Positions 49,851 to 64,000 of a DNA stretch of 64,000 nucleotides are shown here, piece after piece (position 1 is the stretch's first letter; each line of letters starts with the position of its first letter). The notes beneath the pieces are model-generated. The model saw only the letters and a list, made by a program, of their open reading frames with translations, ran no database searches and had not been told where the DNA came from. The position numbers and the translations under genes are program-made. Origin of the DNA: Paraspadella gotoi (Eukaryota; Animalia; Chaetognatha); assembly GCA_051294375.1 (NCBI GenBank), contig CM119269.1, positions 6,771,552 through 6,835,551 on the forward strand, in the 5' to 3' direction.

Positions 49851-50277
49851 ATGTGAACTCTTGGTGGATTTTCGGCCAACAGAAAAACCTAAATTTTTGT
49901 TAAAGTAAAAAGGATATAAATTAATACTAGTACTGGTACATACTAGTACATAAAGTGTACCCAGACCTACTGGGTTTTTATTTTTAGGATTGTTTAGAGG
50001 ATTTTTATTTAAAACTAATTTGCTTGTTCACCTTCCCATCGGGATATTTCACCCGGCGATTCGAAAGGCGTGAGACATCACGTCGTTCTCGTGATTATGT
50101 TGTCACCGTCTTTCTCACCGACGTTTATTTATGTTCGCTCCTTCTCTGCCTTCGCGACGCGAGCGCCATCGGGTCGCGTCGTCTATCGTCGAGTCTTCCT
50201 ACTCGCTCCCTCTTTCGTTCTTTCGCTCTCTCTCTTTCTCACTGTCTCTCCCTTTCAAACGATCTCCCACTCGTTCT

Positions 50278-50343
<66 letters not shown>

Positions 50344-51907
50344 TTAAACTACCACCTCTTTACCCATGTAGTAGCGCACTCTCTCATTCCATAATTTCTC
50401 CCGCACTCCAGAACCCATTCCATAATTAACCTAATAACCCCTCAGCAAATTTTCCTCAAGGCCCCATGCCCCGTTCCTTATGGCCCCATGCCCTGATACT
50501 TTAGGCCCCGTGCCCAAAATATTCTAATAGCCTCATGCCGCAAAACGCTCATTCGTCCGACTCCTACTTTTTTTTTTATTTCTTAGATTAAAGATTTTTC
50601 CGATTTCTATGTCGATCGGTTCCAATTCTTACTTAAGGCCCTTAATATTACTTACTTTCGAGTTTAGAGTCAAAGAAGCTTTTACAAGATAGAATTAAAT
50701 CGCTTTAAATTGGAAAGAAGAGAAAATATTGATGAGTAATTTTAATATACTTGTAAATGTTAAAAAGTTCAAATCCCGGCTAATTCCCACTTTTCCAGTT
50801 TTTTAAAAAAGAAATGTCCTGAAGTTGAACCGCAGAAGCAGACGCTTTGCTTGAGAGTCGGGTCAACGAGCGGGGGGCGCGATTGTGAACTCTCAAGCTC
50901 TTCCGCGAGAAATATTCAACTTATGCTGGATACAAGATTTACGCAATTTATATTTAGCTCGAAAACAATTTCAGCGTTTTTTTGTTTTTTTTTGCCTCTG
51001 GGTTGAAAAAAAAAATGTTGTTGCAAATAAGCTGGAAGCTGGAAGCCCTGGAACAAACGTACTTTCTAACGCGCTTCATTGGAAAACAGCGCACGCTCTC
51101 CCGCGTATGAGTGAAAATAATCTCTCACGCGGAAGATCTGTCACGTCACTCGTCAGGGGCGCAGAATGGCTACGGTGAGCTCATTCTGTGACTGTACACT
51201 GTACAAGAGAATTGAGATTCGTGGTGAAAGAGAATAAAAAGTAATTGTGATTTGTGACGAAAGATTTAGAAAGAATAGAGATTTGTGAAGAAAGAGAATA
51301 ATAAGGAATAGACTTATAGAGATTTGTGACGAAAGAGATTTAAAAAAATATAGATTTGTGACGAAAGAGATTTTGAGAAACAGCAGCTGAAATTCGCTTC
51401 CTTCCTTTCTTTGTTTTCACGTGAGATGAGATCGAGAAAACCTGAAGGGAATAAAAGTAAAGACAATGGGAACCAATCATCGCAGTAGATCAGAGGGTAA
51501 AAGGAAAACAAGGATCGTGATTGGTTGTCAACAGTAAATGCTTGTTCGCTCGAGTGCTTGACTGCGAATGGGCTGAGGGTCGAAATAGAAAGTTCAACTT
51601 CCAAGAGCGTTTCTTACTAAGAGGACTATTTCAGGAAATAAACCAAATTAGAATTGCATAGTACATATTGACTAATACGCTGAAATGAATCTTGTTGTAA
51701 AAAACAAATCCTCTGAATCTCTTTTTATTAAATTCCGATATTTCTGCTCTGATTTCTCCTTGATTCTGAACCAACGAACTGGCGCGCAGATTCCATCGAA
51801 AAAAATGACGAAAATGTGAAGTTGGAAAAGAAGAAAACATTTTTTTTTCTTATTCTTGACTTCAGTTCCCAACACTTGACCTCTCCTTCCGATGAAGTAT
51901 ACATACA

Positions 51908-51953
<46 letters not shown>

Positions 51954-51954
51954 T

Positions 51955-52021
<67 letters not shown>

Positions 52022-52523
52022 GGGGAAAAAAAAAGAAAAAGCTCCATTGTCTTTGGACGTCTCCTAGTTTTTACTGAATTACTTTTCCCATTTTAATCTT
52101 CCGCCGGATTTCGTAATGGCTTCGAGTTTCGTCTGGAATTCCCGCCTCCCCCCTAGCCCCCCCCCCCGCCCGCAGTTACCACAGATTTTCACTCCGACAC
52201 AAAAATTCCTACCACCTCCGTTACCCTTCCTACCTAATGCTCTTGGATCTAGCCGCATCCCACCACCACCTGTTCCATTACTTGATTAAATAAAATTATT
52301 GTAACAGCCGAGAGTTAATTCTTATTGAGTCTTTGACTTTTAATTCTTTATTTTTAAAGAAAAAATGTCATTATATTTTCAAAAACTCACTCAATCTGTG
52401 TTCAACTTACCCTGTCCTCACCTCGACCACTATTCTGTCTCACCACTTTGTGGAAACTTTAACTTTCTCTCTCTCTCTCTCTCTCTTTCACTCTTCTTTT
52501 GCACAATATTTTGTCTAATTCAC

Positions 52524-52577
52524 AAACACTGAGAAGGCTTGAAAACCAAAGCCGAAACATGTCTGTTTTCCAATAAA
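52524..52577 (+). ncRNA. Near-intact minimal type-I hammerhead ribozyme followed by AATAAA
   Basis: Stem I AAACA/TGTTT; core CTGA-GA (one nt short of CUGANGA); stem II GGCTT/AAGCC; GAAAC; palindromic stem III ACATGT; GUC triplet ending at 52563; AATAAA at 52572. Confidence 0.75.
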
Positions 52578-53247
52578 AACAAATTCGTTGAACTTATAAA
52601 CTTTGTTTTTCTCTAGAAAAAATGTCAAAATATTTTTTCTCTAATCACAATCCTCATTCATCTGTACATATTTTAGCCAATAAAAAAAAGGTTTTATGTG
52701 AAAATGTTTTGTATAAAAAAGATTTTCAGTTTATTATCTATAACTACAATATGTAAATAGGATTGGATATTAGTTTTGAGATGCTTCGTTTTCAATTTCA
52801 AAATGGCTTATTCTGACTTTTTTTGAAGCGACGACCGAGAATCTAACGCATTTTTAAATGTTTATTTATATTGAATTGTTGAAACAAACACCGCATGACA
52901 AACAATTCTAACAAGAACGGTAATTCAAATGTATTCCGTTTCAGTGACTGCCTTATCACGTATTTATCATAAGATGACAAGACAGACGTGACATGACATT
53001 ACTTGACTGAATGACTACAACGATTTTGATGCGATTACGACAAAAAGTAAGATAAATAAAAATTAAATAAATAATAAATAAATAAATAAATAATAATTTT
53101 ATTTACAAATCATCGATGACATTTAAAGATCTCTCTCTCTCTTTCCATCATTTCTTTTCCCTCACTTCCCTCTCTCTCTCTGTCCCTACTTTAACTTTTC
53201 CTCACATCTGACCACTATCTATCTCAATTCTTGTTGGAAACTTTTAT

Positions 53248-53280
<33 letters not shown>

Positions 53281-53391
53281 TTCCGTCTCTTTCCGTCTCT
53301 CTCCGTGTCTCTCCGTCTCTTTCTGTGTGTGTCTGCTCTCTCTGTACGATCTCTTGCGTGATCGTCGTTTTTGAAAATTATGATTATTTTT

Positions 53392-54240
53392 AGTCGGATC
53401 TGCTTCAGCAGATCCGACTCTATAAATATATAAATATATAAATATATATTCACTTTGTCGGTCCGTCTGTCCGCCCCCTCAATATTGTCGGGCACTCACT
53501 TATATCATGTAAGAACATCGAATTATGATAAATTATGGAAAAAAAACGATTGTCCGTCCGTCCGTCCGTCCGTCCGTCCATCCCACTTAGCAAAAAACAC
53601 CAATTACTCGTGATTGGAGGATGAATTGGAAGGAAAATTTTGTGTGTGGGTAGGGAAGTGTGTGATTGCGCTGTATATGAAGTTTTTATGGAATCGTCCG
53701 AGTGGAAATGAGTTTAAATGGAAAAAACAAAAAAATATATTTCACTATTTGAACACCAATTACTCATGAGTGGATGAGGTGATTGACTTGAAATTTTGTA
53801 TTTGGGTAGAAAGGTGTGTGATTTAACTGGAAATCAAGTTTCGATGGAATCTTTTGAGTGGAAATGAGAAAAAACAAAAAAACCTGTTTTACTAATTGAT
53901 TATGCTTCTTTTCCTTTAAAATTAAATGTCAATGCAGGATGTATTAAAACTATTAATAAATCAAATAATTAATCAATTAATTAATCAATTAGTCAATAAA
54001 TTAATCAATATTTAATTAATCAGTCAATCAATCAAGTCAATGTTATCGACTTTATTCTCATCGTCGTCATTGCTTTATTGGTGGTTAGTGACGAAAGACC
54101 TAAAAACAAAACATTTGGGATCAAATTAATTAATTAATTGCCTAATTAATTAATTAACTTGAATTATTTAATTATTAATGAATTAATTACAGATAATGAT
54201 CGTGGGCTAATCCGACATTGTTTTGCTCAAACTGTTTTCA
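53392..54240 (+). mobile_element. DINE-1/Helentron-like element, copy 3
   Basis: Perfect 5' hairpin CGGATCTGCT-TC-AGCAGATCCG, a (GTCC)n tract, and 3' ATCCGACATTGTTTTGCTCAAAC. Confidence 0.65.
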
Positions 54241-54797
54241 TAATGTTCGATCAGTCGATTTTCGCACTATTCGCTATGTCCCCGGTTACCGTTTTTTCAT
54301 TGTTATTGCCATTATTCCCAACGGCAAAAGTTATCATAAAAAATTCGGTCATGTTTATCATCCCTACAATTGTACCGTCTTTTAACTATTTAAAATTTAC
54401 ACGAAAGAGTTAATTTATATCGTCAATTAATTTTGAAATCAGTAGTTTTTACGATATAATGCCAATTTTAGATATAACTCATGCACTAAACATATTTTTA
54501 CCATACTAGCAGCTAACCAGATGATAAGTCATGTAACATCTTTTAAATTGTGATCATCACATATTACAACAGATAATAATATAAAACCAAAAATTTATAA
54601 TATAGTGATCTTGCAGATAGAGGGAAGGAAAGTTGCCAACAACAGTTTCATTTCCTTTCCCTCTCCTTCTCTCTCTCTCTCTCTACTCTCTCTTTCTTTC
54701 TCTGTCTCTCTTTCTCTGTCTCTCTCTCCCCATCTTAACCTGTCCTCACAATTTCACCATTGTCCTGTCTCACGTCTTTGTTGGCAACTTTCCTTCC

Positions 54798-54832
<35 letters not shown>

Positions 54833-55963
54833 AATGTTATAAAGGCTCGTACTGCAGAGGTAAAACATGTCTGTTAATAAAACTCTGTTGTTGTAAAAAG
54901 ACTTCGTCTTTATCTCAACTCAGAATAATCCTTCTGACTAATAACAAAATTTCGTAATTATTTCTTATAAATTTCTTGTGATTTGAGGAGTTCACTGGCA
55001 GAGCTTATTCTCGCTTCAAACTCAAAACCGGGGATACCGGAGGATACCCATATAAACAATACCATATATCAACTAATAAACATAGTCAGATGTTCCGGTC
55101 GGGATAAACCGCAATAAACGGGAAACTGAAAGCTGATGGATTTTCCTTGAAAATCGTAGTTATTTCTTATATATTCTCTTGAATTTTCTCTTTTGAAGAT
55201 GCTCATCGGGAAAAATCATTTCTCTTATGTAAAACAGAATCGGAGAAATGGAATTGATACAAGACTCTCAAAACCTAATCCTAGTTGTTAAATATAATAA
55301 ATATATCTGGTCTGAATAAACATCCCTAAACGACCCTCTCAAAGACAAAAAAGTCCAAATGTTAAATTTAGAAAACAAATTTTTAAGCAATTTTTTTATA
55401 AATTGCTTGCTTTTAAATTAATTTGATGTGAATCTAAACAATTTATAGCTTATTTTAAAGAGAAATGATATATCTTTAAATCGATATATAATAAGACAAA
55501 ATTTTCTTATGTAGTGATAGATGGCATAGGGATAAACTTGGTCGGTTTCATCTCAAAATAGGAAAAGATAGGTTAATTACCAGAAAAGAAAGGATAATAA
55601 TTGTTTACATTTGTTTTCGGTTTGACCGTCTGAGACCAAGTAGGATTGGGACATTTAATAATATTTCTAATATGAGATGGTTACATCCAGGATTTTTCTG
55701 AGGTCTTGATTCACCGTGCGCCCCCCGTGTTAACGATTTTCTCTTTCATCAAAATTCTAGATTCATTTTTTTCTCTCTTACGCGAGATCTGAAGTCGAGT
55801 GCACCTGGGACCGAGAGGCGTTGGGAAGAAATGGAAGAGCACAGTGACTTTTTTTTTCGTCCGGGGCGTACTGATAGGAAATTTTCGGTTCACACAGTGG
55901 ATAATGAGAACATTGTGGTTGAAAGAAAAATCTTAAGAACACTGGTCCTAAAATATATTACGA

Positions 55964-56086
55964 ACTTCGGATCGGGCTGTACAGGTGGATTAGACGCCCC
56001 GTCCCGCTTTTACTTGTGTGAATCAGCAGGGCGCAAACCCGAGTCCTTTTGGTTGGAAGGAGCTCGTGCTCCCTCCGGCGCCATAG
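55964..56086 (-). mobile_element. tRNA-derived SINE, diverged copy
   Basis: The reverse strand reads TGGCGCCGGAGG..CCAACCAAAAGGACTCGGGTTTG..GGACGGGGCG..CCTGTACAGCCCGATCCGAAG, matching the 18420-18587 family. Confidence 0.6.
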
Positions 56087-56362
56087 GGTATGAAATTCTA
56101 CCGCTACATCACGAACTCGCAAGCATATCGCGTGCAGGACTTAAACCGTGAGAATCACCGAGGATTCACTCCATTCGCGGGAGAGAACCTGGACACAACG
56201 ACGCGGGTCGACACGGAAAGACGCCGCAAAGCGCATTCCGTCAAGTTCGCCGCAATTTTACTCGGCGTTGAAATGAATTGTAACGTAAAAAGTCTCGAAT
56301 GAATGAAAGTGAATTCATCATCATCATCATCGTCGTCGTCGAATCGCTTCATTTTTCCAAAA

Positions 56363-56583
56363 ATGGCGGAGAAAGATTTTCGAGATTTTTCATCGACGTC
56401 GAACGCTTCCGCGGCCGTCGACTCCAGCATCACAATCCCTTCAGCCGACAAGGACGTCATCGCTACCGACAGAAGCGGCATCCCTTCGCCGACCACCACC
56501 GACCCGCTTGCGTATATTCCGCCTTCTCAGCCCCCTCACCCCTCTCCGCCTCTTTCCGAATCCGGAAATCTGTTTTGGAGAAA
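56363..56583 (+). CDS. Possible first coding exon of an unidentified gene
   Basis: AAAATGG start context, GC-rich codons like those of the real genes here (MAEKDFRDFSSTSNAS...GNLFWRK), ending at AAA|GTAAAC. No family motif and no downstream exons were identified. Confidence 0.35.
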
Positions 56584-57550
56584 GTAAACTTCGCAAGAAA
56601 AGTAAACAAACGAATTCGATTTTCTCTCTTTTACGCCTTTTTTTTTTCTTGCTGTCTGCTCAGACTGATTTCTGGGAAATGGGCCGTGGCTTTCTGAATC
56701 TCCATTCTTATTTTCCCTTTTTACTTTACTTTTTACTTAATTTTTTCTTTCTTTTTACAGCAGATTCTGGCTCCAGAACCCACTGCATCGGTCCACCCCA
56801 ATAGTTTGGTCGGTCAAAAAATTATCCTGAACAACTGATATTGTTCCATCCGTCTGTTCAATAAATATCAATAAACAAATTTTAATACGACAATTTCTTG
56901 TAAATTTTGTTGAAGAAGACTGACCAATGACAGAAAGGAAAAAAAAACTATTTATTATAAATATTGATAGTAAATTGTAATAATAATCAAAAATAAAGAT
57001 TATACGAATAATCATAACTTATCATCTGATTAGATGCTTACCACTCAATGATCGTGGTCACATCGGGAATTGTTTGTTAGTTTGTTTGCTTGTTTGTTTG
57101 TTTGTTTATTTGTTCCTTTGTTAGTTTGCTTGTTTGTTTCCTTCCGTGACGTGACTCCGCGAAAGAAAGAATGCTCGCTCTCGCGTCACCGAAGTTGCGC
57201 TGAAGTCGTCAAAAAAAAACAAAAAAAAAACAAAAAAAACTAGGAAAAAAAGAAGGAATGCGCGCTGAGAAATGATTGCTTTCGTAATTTGTAGTATTAA
57301 GTGCTTAACACGACTGTCTAAGCGTTTATAACAGTTTACATTTCACCCCACTTTCTCACCTTCACGATCTTTACGATAACATTTTCAACGTTCCTCACTT
57401 AACCAACCCTTCTTTTTTTTTCCTTCTTTTCTACCTGCCCTTACCTTTTTTTTTATGTCTATCTCGTTTCCTTTTTCCCTTTTTCCCTTTTTTTTTCTGC
57501 GACAAAAGAATAAAACTGCCTCTGGAGTCGACGTGGCCGTCGCCGTTAAA

Positions 57551-57591
<41 letters not shown>

Positions 57592-57949
57592 TACGGTCTT
57601 CACTTGTCGTCCCCGCCTCGGTCGGTAAAAGCCTCGTTTTCTTCTTCGTCGTCTTCGTCATCATTGTCATCGCGTCCGATTATTCTAACTATTGTATCGT
57701 TGAATATTACTATTATAATTATTTCTGTCCTTGAAAAACTAGTAAACTAATTCATTATTAGCATCACGACCAATCTGTGTTCGAACGATTCCCTCAATCC
57801 CAAACAACGCGATTGTGATGTCGTCGTCGTCTTCGCTGTCGTCGTCGCTGTCGTTGTCGCCATCCTCTTCGTCTTCGTCATCGTTTTCACAGTCATCTTC
57901 CTCCTTGCTCAAATTGTCATCAGCATCATCATCTTTATCATCATGATCG

Positions 57950-57981
<32 letters not shown>

Positions 57982-58754
57982 GTCGTCAGACTTCCGTCGT
58001 CAAAAATTTTGTTTTGTTTACTTTTCAGTTTCCGTTTCTTTCTTTGTCTTTTGTTTATTGTTTACTCTCGGAAATTTTCTTCTCATCCGCAGTGGGGAAG
58101 TCCAGTAGGGGAGCCGGCCAGTAGGGGCGTTTGTGAAAAGCAGGGGGACCAATGGGGGAGACAGGGGGAAAGTTGAAGGGCTGTGGTGGCAGTGGTGAAT
58201 TATAGCGTGATGAGCAAACGGGGGGAGGCAGTGGGCGGGCAGTGAAAAGGGCAATGGGGAGCAACGGGGCGACGGGGGAGCAGTTGGGAGTGTAGTGGGG
58301 AGCAATAGGAAAAGTGAGAAGGCGGTGTTGACAGGTTTGTGCTTTTTTTTTGGGACAAAATGTGATTCGTTGGCATTCGTTACAGACGGTGGGGGATTTA
58401 TCGAATATTCCCCCTTCGGATTCGATCGAGGTCTCGAAGGTCAAGGTTTCGCCTTTTCAAAAAAACCAGTCGTCGTCGGCGTTGTTATCGTCGTTGTTAT
58501 CGTCGTCGTCCTTTTTGCTTTCGAAGTCACCGAACCATTTCTATACATCTCTGATTTTTTTACCATCTTAAATGTACAACATTGTTGGCTTCACTTTATT
58601 ACTTCATTCATTACTTCTTTCATTACTTCATTCATTACCTCACTTCATTGTGAGGTCATCGTCTATATTTCAGCATGCCTCATGTCTTTGCTATTAGAAG
58701 TCTTCAAATTTTGTCGTTAATATTAAATTTATATTGATTACACCGATCTCTTCG

Positions 58755-59040
58755 ACGTCGCCGTCGTCGTCGTCTTCATCGTCGTCATCTTCGTTTTCGT
58801 TTTCATCGTCGTCATCTTCGTCGTCGTCATCATCGTCGTCATCTTCGTTGTCGTCATAATAGTCGTCATCTTCATCGTCGTCGACATCATCATCGTCGTC
58901 GTCTTCATCTTCGTCGTCGTCTTCATCGTCGTCATCTTCGTCGTCGTCATCATCGTCGTCGTCACCTCAGTCTTCCATTCTTGGCCTTCATCATCGTCGT
59001 CATCTTCGTCGTCGTCATCATCGTCGTCATCATCTTCGAC
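58755..59040. repeat. Compound (GTC/ATC/TTC)n trinucleotide repeat
   Basis: Directly visible; it produces the spurious MTTTMMTTTK ORF. Confidence 0.9.
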
Positions 59041-60304
59041 CCCGTCTCAATTCCTCGGCGACATTTTTTTCTCTTTTCTCTTTTCCACAATCGAGTTCAA
59101 CGCCGACGGCAAAAAGTCGTTGCCACCGGTTGACGGCAGATGGTGGCGGCTTGGTTGAAGGCAATGTTAATTGGCGTTGCCATCAAGAACGTAACGGCCT
59201 TTTCCTACTATTACCAAGCAATTGCGTAGCACGATCAATACTGGGCAACATCGTAGGTTATCACTAATGAATAAATTGAATATCTTTATTACCGAGCATT
59301 AATTCAGCTGCTTCATGCCATTATGGCCTTCATGAACCAAGTTGAGTTTCTTGGTTGAGTGCTTCCTCGGTGGGAGAGAGGGAAGAGGAGGGGGAGGAAG
59401 AGGAGGTGGAGGAAGAGGAAGAGGAGAGATGGAGGAAGGAGGGGGGAAGGCTCAATTCTTAATCAAGGTCTCAATCCTGTCTTGTATTTGTAATTGATTC
59501 CATTCTGTTAAATCTATTTCGTTTAGAACTTGTGTTGATTAAAATATCTAATTAAAAAAAGAAAGACATCAAATTTTTAAAAAAAATACACACACGGAAA
59601 GATTGTCAAAGGAAAACAAGAATGTTAATTCCAATGTGTTGCGCAAAAGTGACTTTCTTTTCTCGTATATTTTTGAGTCATTTCTTGATCAAATTACTAC
59701 TATGAAATGTATGTATAATAAACGACCGATGGTTGATTACTTATCTACAAAATGTTAACTAAAACAACCAAATAGTATTATACAAAATATACCGTATTTA
59801 TTTTATAATCATTGGAAGTTTGGAACCGATTTTTATATGGTTATGTAACTATACAAGTATGATACAAATATAATTGAACCAACGGACCGACCAACACGAT
59901 ATCCGACGGATCGACCGACCGACCTCAAAGTGACTTTTAGAGTTGCACCGCGAGTACTAACGGCGCAACTAAAAATGAAAAGACGAGGAAGATTGAAAAA
60001 AAAAAAATCTTAAAAAATAAATTCATAAGGTAATAAACATAAAAAAATTTTAAAAACAACGAAGGAAAATAAAAAAAAGAAAGAAAGGCAAAAAAAGAAA
60101 ACTAGAGAGGAAAGTAGTAAAGAAAAAAAATAGGTTAGAAAATATAAAAATAAAAAGGAATCCCATTTTCCCTTCACCGTTTTAGGCTGAAGTTCATTTC
60201 CTCCAAATCCCTCAGATTTTTCAATCTTTCCTTTTCGTCGCCATTTTTTTCCTCGTTGCTTCGCGCGTCGACATCTCGATGCCAGTGGCCGGGGATTTGT
60301 GCCT

Positions 60305-60500
60305 GTGGATTGTGGAGATGCGGGCAGGTGGAGATGTGGGCAAAGTGAAATGTGGGAAATGTGAAACGTGGGCAAGTGAAGATGTGGGTAGGTGGAGATG
60401 TGGGAAATGTCGAAATGAGGGTAACAGGAGATTTGGTCAAATGTAGTTGTCGGCATGTGGAGATGAGGCCAAGTAGAGAAGTTGGAAAGTGGAAATGTGA
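60305..60500. repeat. Degenerate ~15-bp tandem repeat (GTGGAGATGTGGGCAA-like)
   Basis: Repeated GTG(G/A)A(G/A)ATGTGGG units. Confidence 0.7.
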
Positions 60501-61725
60501 GAAATGTAAGTAAAGCTATAAATAGACTCGTAAATATGCGGGGAAAATAACGCTTCACTGAGAAAAAAAGATGAGGGAATTTTTGGCATAAACTCTTTGT
60601 GGTTCCGATTTGCTTTCCGAGTAGTTCTTTTCCTTTTTGAAAAATATAATTAGAAAGAACCAATAAAATGAAAAATCTCGTCAAAGATTTTATCTCGGAT
60701 TCCATTTAATGAATTTACTTTTAAGGCACTCCTTGTTCCCGCCGCTTCCTCCGCTGACGCCGCTGCTGCCGCTCTCCCCGCCGCTGCTGTCGCCGCTGCT
60801 TCTGCCGCCGCCCCCCCCACCGCGTCAGCCGACTTCAACGGCGAAAATAACCGGTTTTTTTTCTAAAAAAAAAACAACAAAAGTTTGTTTGTTTACAAAT
60901 TTTCCCGCGGCTCCAGACTTTGGCGGGAAAAAAGAGACGAACGAAGAAAAACTCTTTTTCTTATTCTTTTTTTTTAATTAAAAAAAAATAAGCGATATTA
61001 TTTTTTCTGACTGTTCAGAAATAGTCATACAAAAGAGAAAAATAGTAAAATTTGAAAATTCATTTTAAATCAAAAAAATAATATTAATAATAAACAAAAA
61101 ATTAAATTTGCACCGGCTGGTTCAAGGCACTCGGGCATAAATGTGCCTGAATAGCGAGCAATTTTCATTCGCCTTCATTTTAGCTTTTCTTTCCTTTATT
61201 TTTTTCAAATTTTTTTTCTTCTTTTTTTTTCTCTTTGACTTTTGAAATTGGAAATTGGGTCGAGAAGCAGACCTCCGTTCACGTACCCTCGCTGAATATA
61301 GACAGAAAGGTAAGGAGGAAGAAGAGAACAAGAAAGAAAAAAGGAGGACGAGGAGAAAAGAAAGAAAAGTAGGGAGGAAGAAGAGAGAAAAGAAAGGAAG
61401 AAAAAATGAGGAAGAGGAGAAGAAAAAGAAAGAAAAGGAAGGAGGAAGATGAGATAAAAGAAAAGAAAAAAAAGAAAAAGAGGAGAAGAAAAAGAAGGGA
61501 AAGGAACGCGGAAAAAGAGAAAAATAGTACAGAAAAATAAATGAAAAGAAGGAGAGGAAGATGAGAAAAAAGAAAAGAAGAAAAAAATGAGGAAGAGGAG
61601 AAAAAAAAGAAAGGAAAGGACGTAGAAAAAGAGAAAGAAAGAAAAAAGAAAAGAAGAAAATTAGGAAGAGGAAAAGGAAAGGAAAGAAAGGAAAGGAGGT
61701 AAGAATGACTGATGAGTGAAAAAAA

Positions 61726-61864
<139 letters not shown>

Positions 61865-62092
61865 TATATCTATTGATTTCAACGACATCGACAAAAAATT
61901 TTTTTGTTTTTGGATTGATTGATTGACAGATTGATTGGTAAGTCCACAGTGATTTTAACGCGGAGATTTCTCGCGACTCTCACAGTGATTAAAAAGATTC
62001 TTCGTAGTTTTATTTCTTGAGAGAAGGCTGCAGCGGCGGCGCCAAAAAATGCGTCAGTGGCCCATGCGGCGTCAATTCCGGCGTCGTTTCCG

Positions 62093-62161
<69 letters not shown>

Positions 62162-62551
62162 AGAGAGAGAGATATAGATAGACGGAGAGAGAGAATTTAT
62201 TTATTTAATGATCAGTTTTCTATCACTCGTCACACGTTGATTCATCGGTTGTTCCCAATTTCTAGATATAACAATTATTCATTAATTCTTTAAAAACATT
62301 AACCAATGTAAAAATATTCCTCATCATTCAATAAACAAGCTATATTCCGATTTGATATAATTTTCGAGGTTTACGCGTTTCCCGACGTCAACATCATCGT
62401 CGTCGTCCTCATCGTCGTCGTCCTCATCGTCGTCATCGTCGTCATCGTCGTCGTTTCATCTCAATTACAATCATCGTCATCTCATTGTTAGTTTCACTTT
62501 CTCTTTATTTGTTTTCTTTTTCCGCGATTGACTTTGCGAAAGTCCTCGACA

Positions 62552-62589
<38 letters not shown>

Positions 62590-62895
62590 TGACAGATAAA
62601 ATCCAGTGATGGCCTAAAGGACCTTGTTTTCTGACGTGCTATCTTTTTTTATAGAGTCGGCTTTCAACGGATCTCAAGGAAACATTTGTTTTTTTTTTCT
62701 TCCGTCTTTTTCTCATTTTTAGATAAATATTAAATGATAAACATTACATTTTTTAAGGGAGAAGAGGGAAAGAAAAACAAAATGGCCTCAGTATTTCATT
62801 GTAATTCATCGTAATTCATTGTAAAACCAGTATCGATCTCTTTTATTTCTCTTCATTGTTTTCATGTTTTGTTTTAACTTTTTTTGTTTTTCTGA

Positions 62896-62992
<97 letters not shown>

Positions 62993-63910
62993 ATTTGGGA
63001 TATATATTTTCTATTTGTCACTTCAATATATCCGATTTTCAGTTACAAGTTTTATCGACATTCGTTCCCCGATTTTTCTTTTTTTTTCTTCTGCAAATCT
63101 TTTTTGTCCTCGATCCTCATTTCCCAAAATAAATTGAGCGATAAACTTTTTCTCATTTTTTCTTTTGTTTACTTTTGTTTGTTTACTTGCGTTTCATAAC
63201 ATCCGACTCTCTTCAACGTTTTAGTTTAAGGTCAGTTTATCCGTATTATATGCCAGATCAAGATTATATTCAAGAGGTATAATACAAAAAAATCGTATAA
63301 AGTAACAACAACAACAACAACAATTCACAGGCCGCACCAACGGAATCGGTTCCTCGTTCCTCTCACGTGAATCTCACTTTTCGGCGTCAAAAAAAAGCGT
63401 GAACAGGAAGACAAATGGCGTCGGCGCCGATTTTCGTCGACGCCGGCGATCACGTAGCGCGAAATGGCGCCGTTTAAATTCTCGAGGACCCGTGATCCCT
63501 TTTCAGTCTCACTGAGTGAAGTGAAGGGAAGAAACACATAAAATTCACAATTTTAGAAATCATATCGAAAAGAGTGAAGTAGACGAGCAATCGTGAAAGG
63601 ATTTGTAAGAACATTTTTGGGAGGATTTGTGAGATAATTTGTGAGATGATTTGTGAGATGATTTGTGAGAGGATCTAAAAAATCGACGAGGGACCCTGGA
63701 AATCACAAAAATGTTGTGGCTGCACGACTTAAAGCCGCCTCGTGACTTTTTGTCCTCAACCCAGTCTCTCGGTATAGTGGAGATCCTGAGAGTGCTCACG
63801 CCTTCGGTATGTCAGGCAATCTCTCCGTTGCCAAAACGTAAAATTGAGATTGAAATTCTCAACTCGTGAATGATCTATGATCTATGATAATTTGAATATA
63901 TTCATCTTTA

Positions 63911-64000
63911 TGAAATTGGTTCCATCAATATAAAAATTATAAATTCCTTTAAAAAATAAGCTATCTTGACTTTGGACAGGCTATCGGGATTAAGACGTCT
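63911..64000. mobile_element. MITE-like element, copy related to 6026-6156 (cut off by the window end)
   Basis: TGAAATTGGTTCCATCAATATAAAAATTAT...ATAAGCTATCTTGACTTTGGACAGGCT. Confidence 0.6.

Noticed and set aside
49238-51604. Possible minus-strand exons (49430-49630, 51420-51604), and similar patches at 59090-59260 and 63325-63830
   Set aside because: No motif was recognised and no phase-consistent exon chain could be built.
60010-60705. 231-aa minus-strand ORF with His/Pro repeats
   Set aside because: It arises from a degenerate tandem repeat plus low-complexity flanks.

Overview
Animal (invertebrate) nuclear DNA, AT-rich, with GT-AG introns and many (CT)n and (GTC)n microsatellites. The ORF track is mostly uninformative, so I assembled exons by hand. 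Gene-dense part (1-28 kb): the last two exons of an innexin (-); eEF2 kinase (-, 10 exons traced, one GC-AG intron, apparently lacking its last SEL1 repeats); a complete 12-exon LATS/Warts kinase (+) whose 4-kb intron 10 holds an antisense multi-exon SAP-domain gene; and a multi-exon C2H2 zinc-finger gene (+). The gene-poor part (29-64 kb) contains an XK-related membrane protein ORF followed by an overlapping -1-frame ORF, with an in-phase U_UUU_UUA slippery heptamer in the overlap. The most notable non-coding signal is a set of about 9 minimal hammerhead-ribozyme motifs of the Penelope-like type, arranged as palindromic pairs, in an inverted-arm element, or in ~230-bp direct repeats. Also present: a structured ~225-nt dispersed repeat (4 copies), a tRNA-derived SINE, a DINE/Helentron-like family and MITEs. 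All homology calls come from motif recognition; no database search was run.
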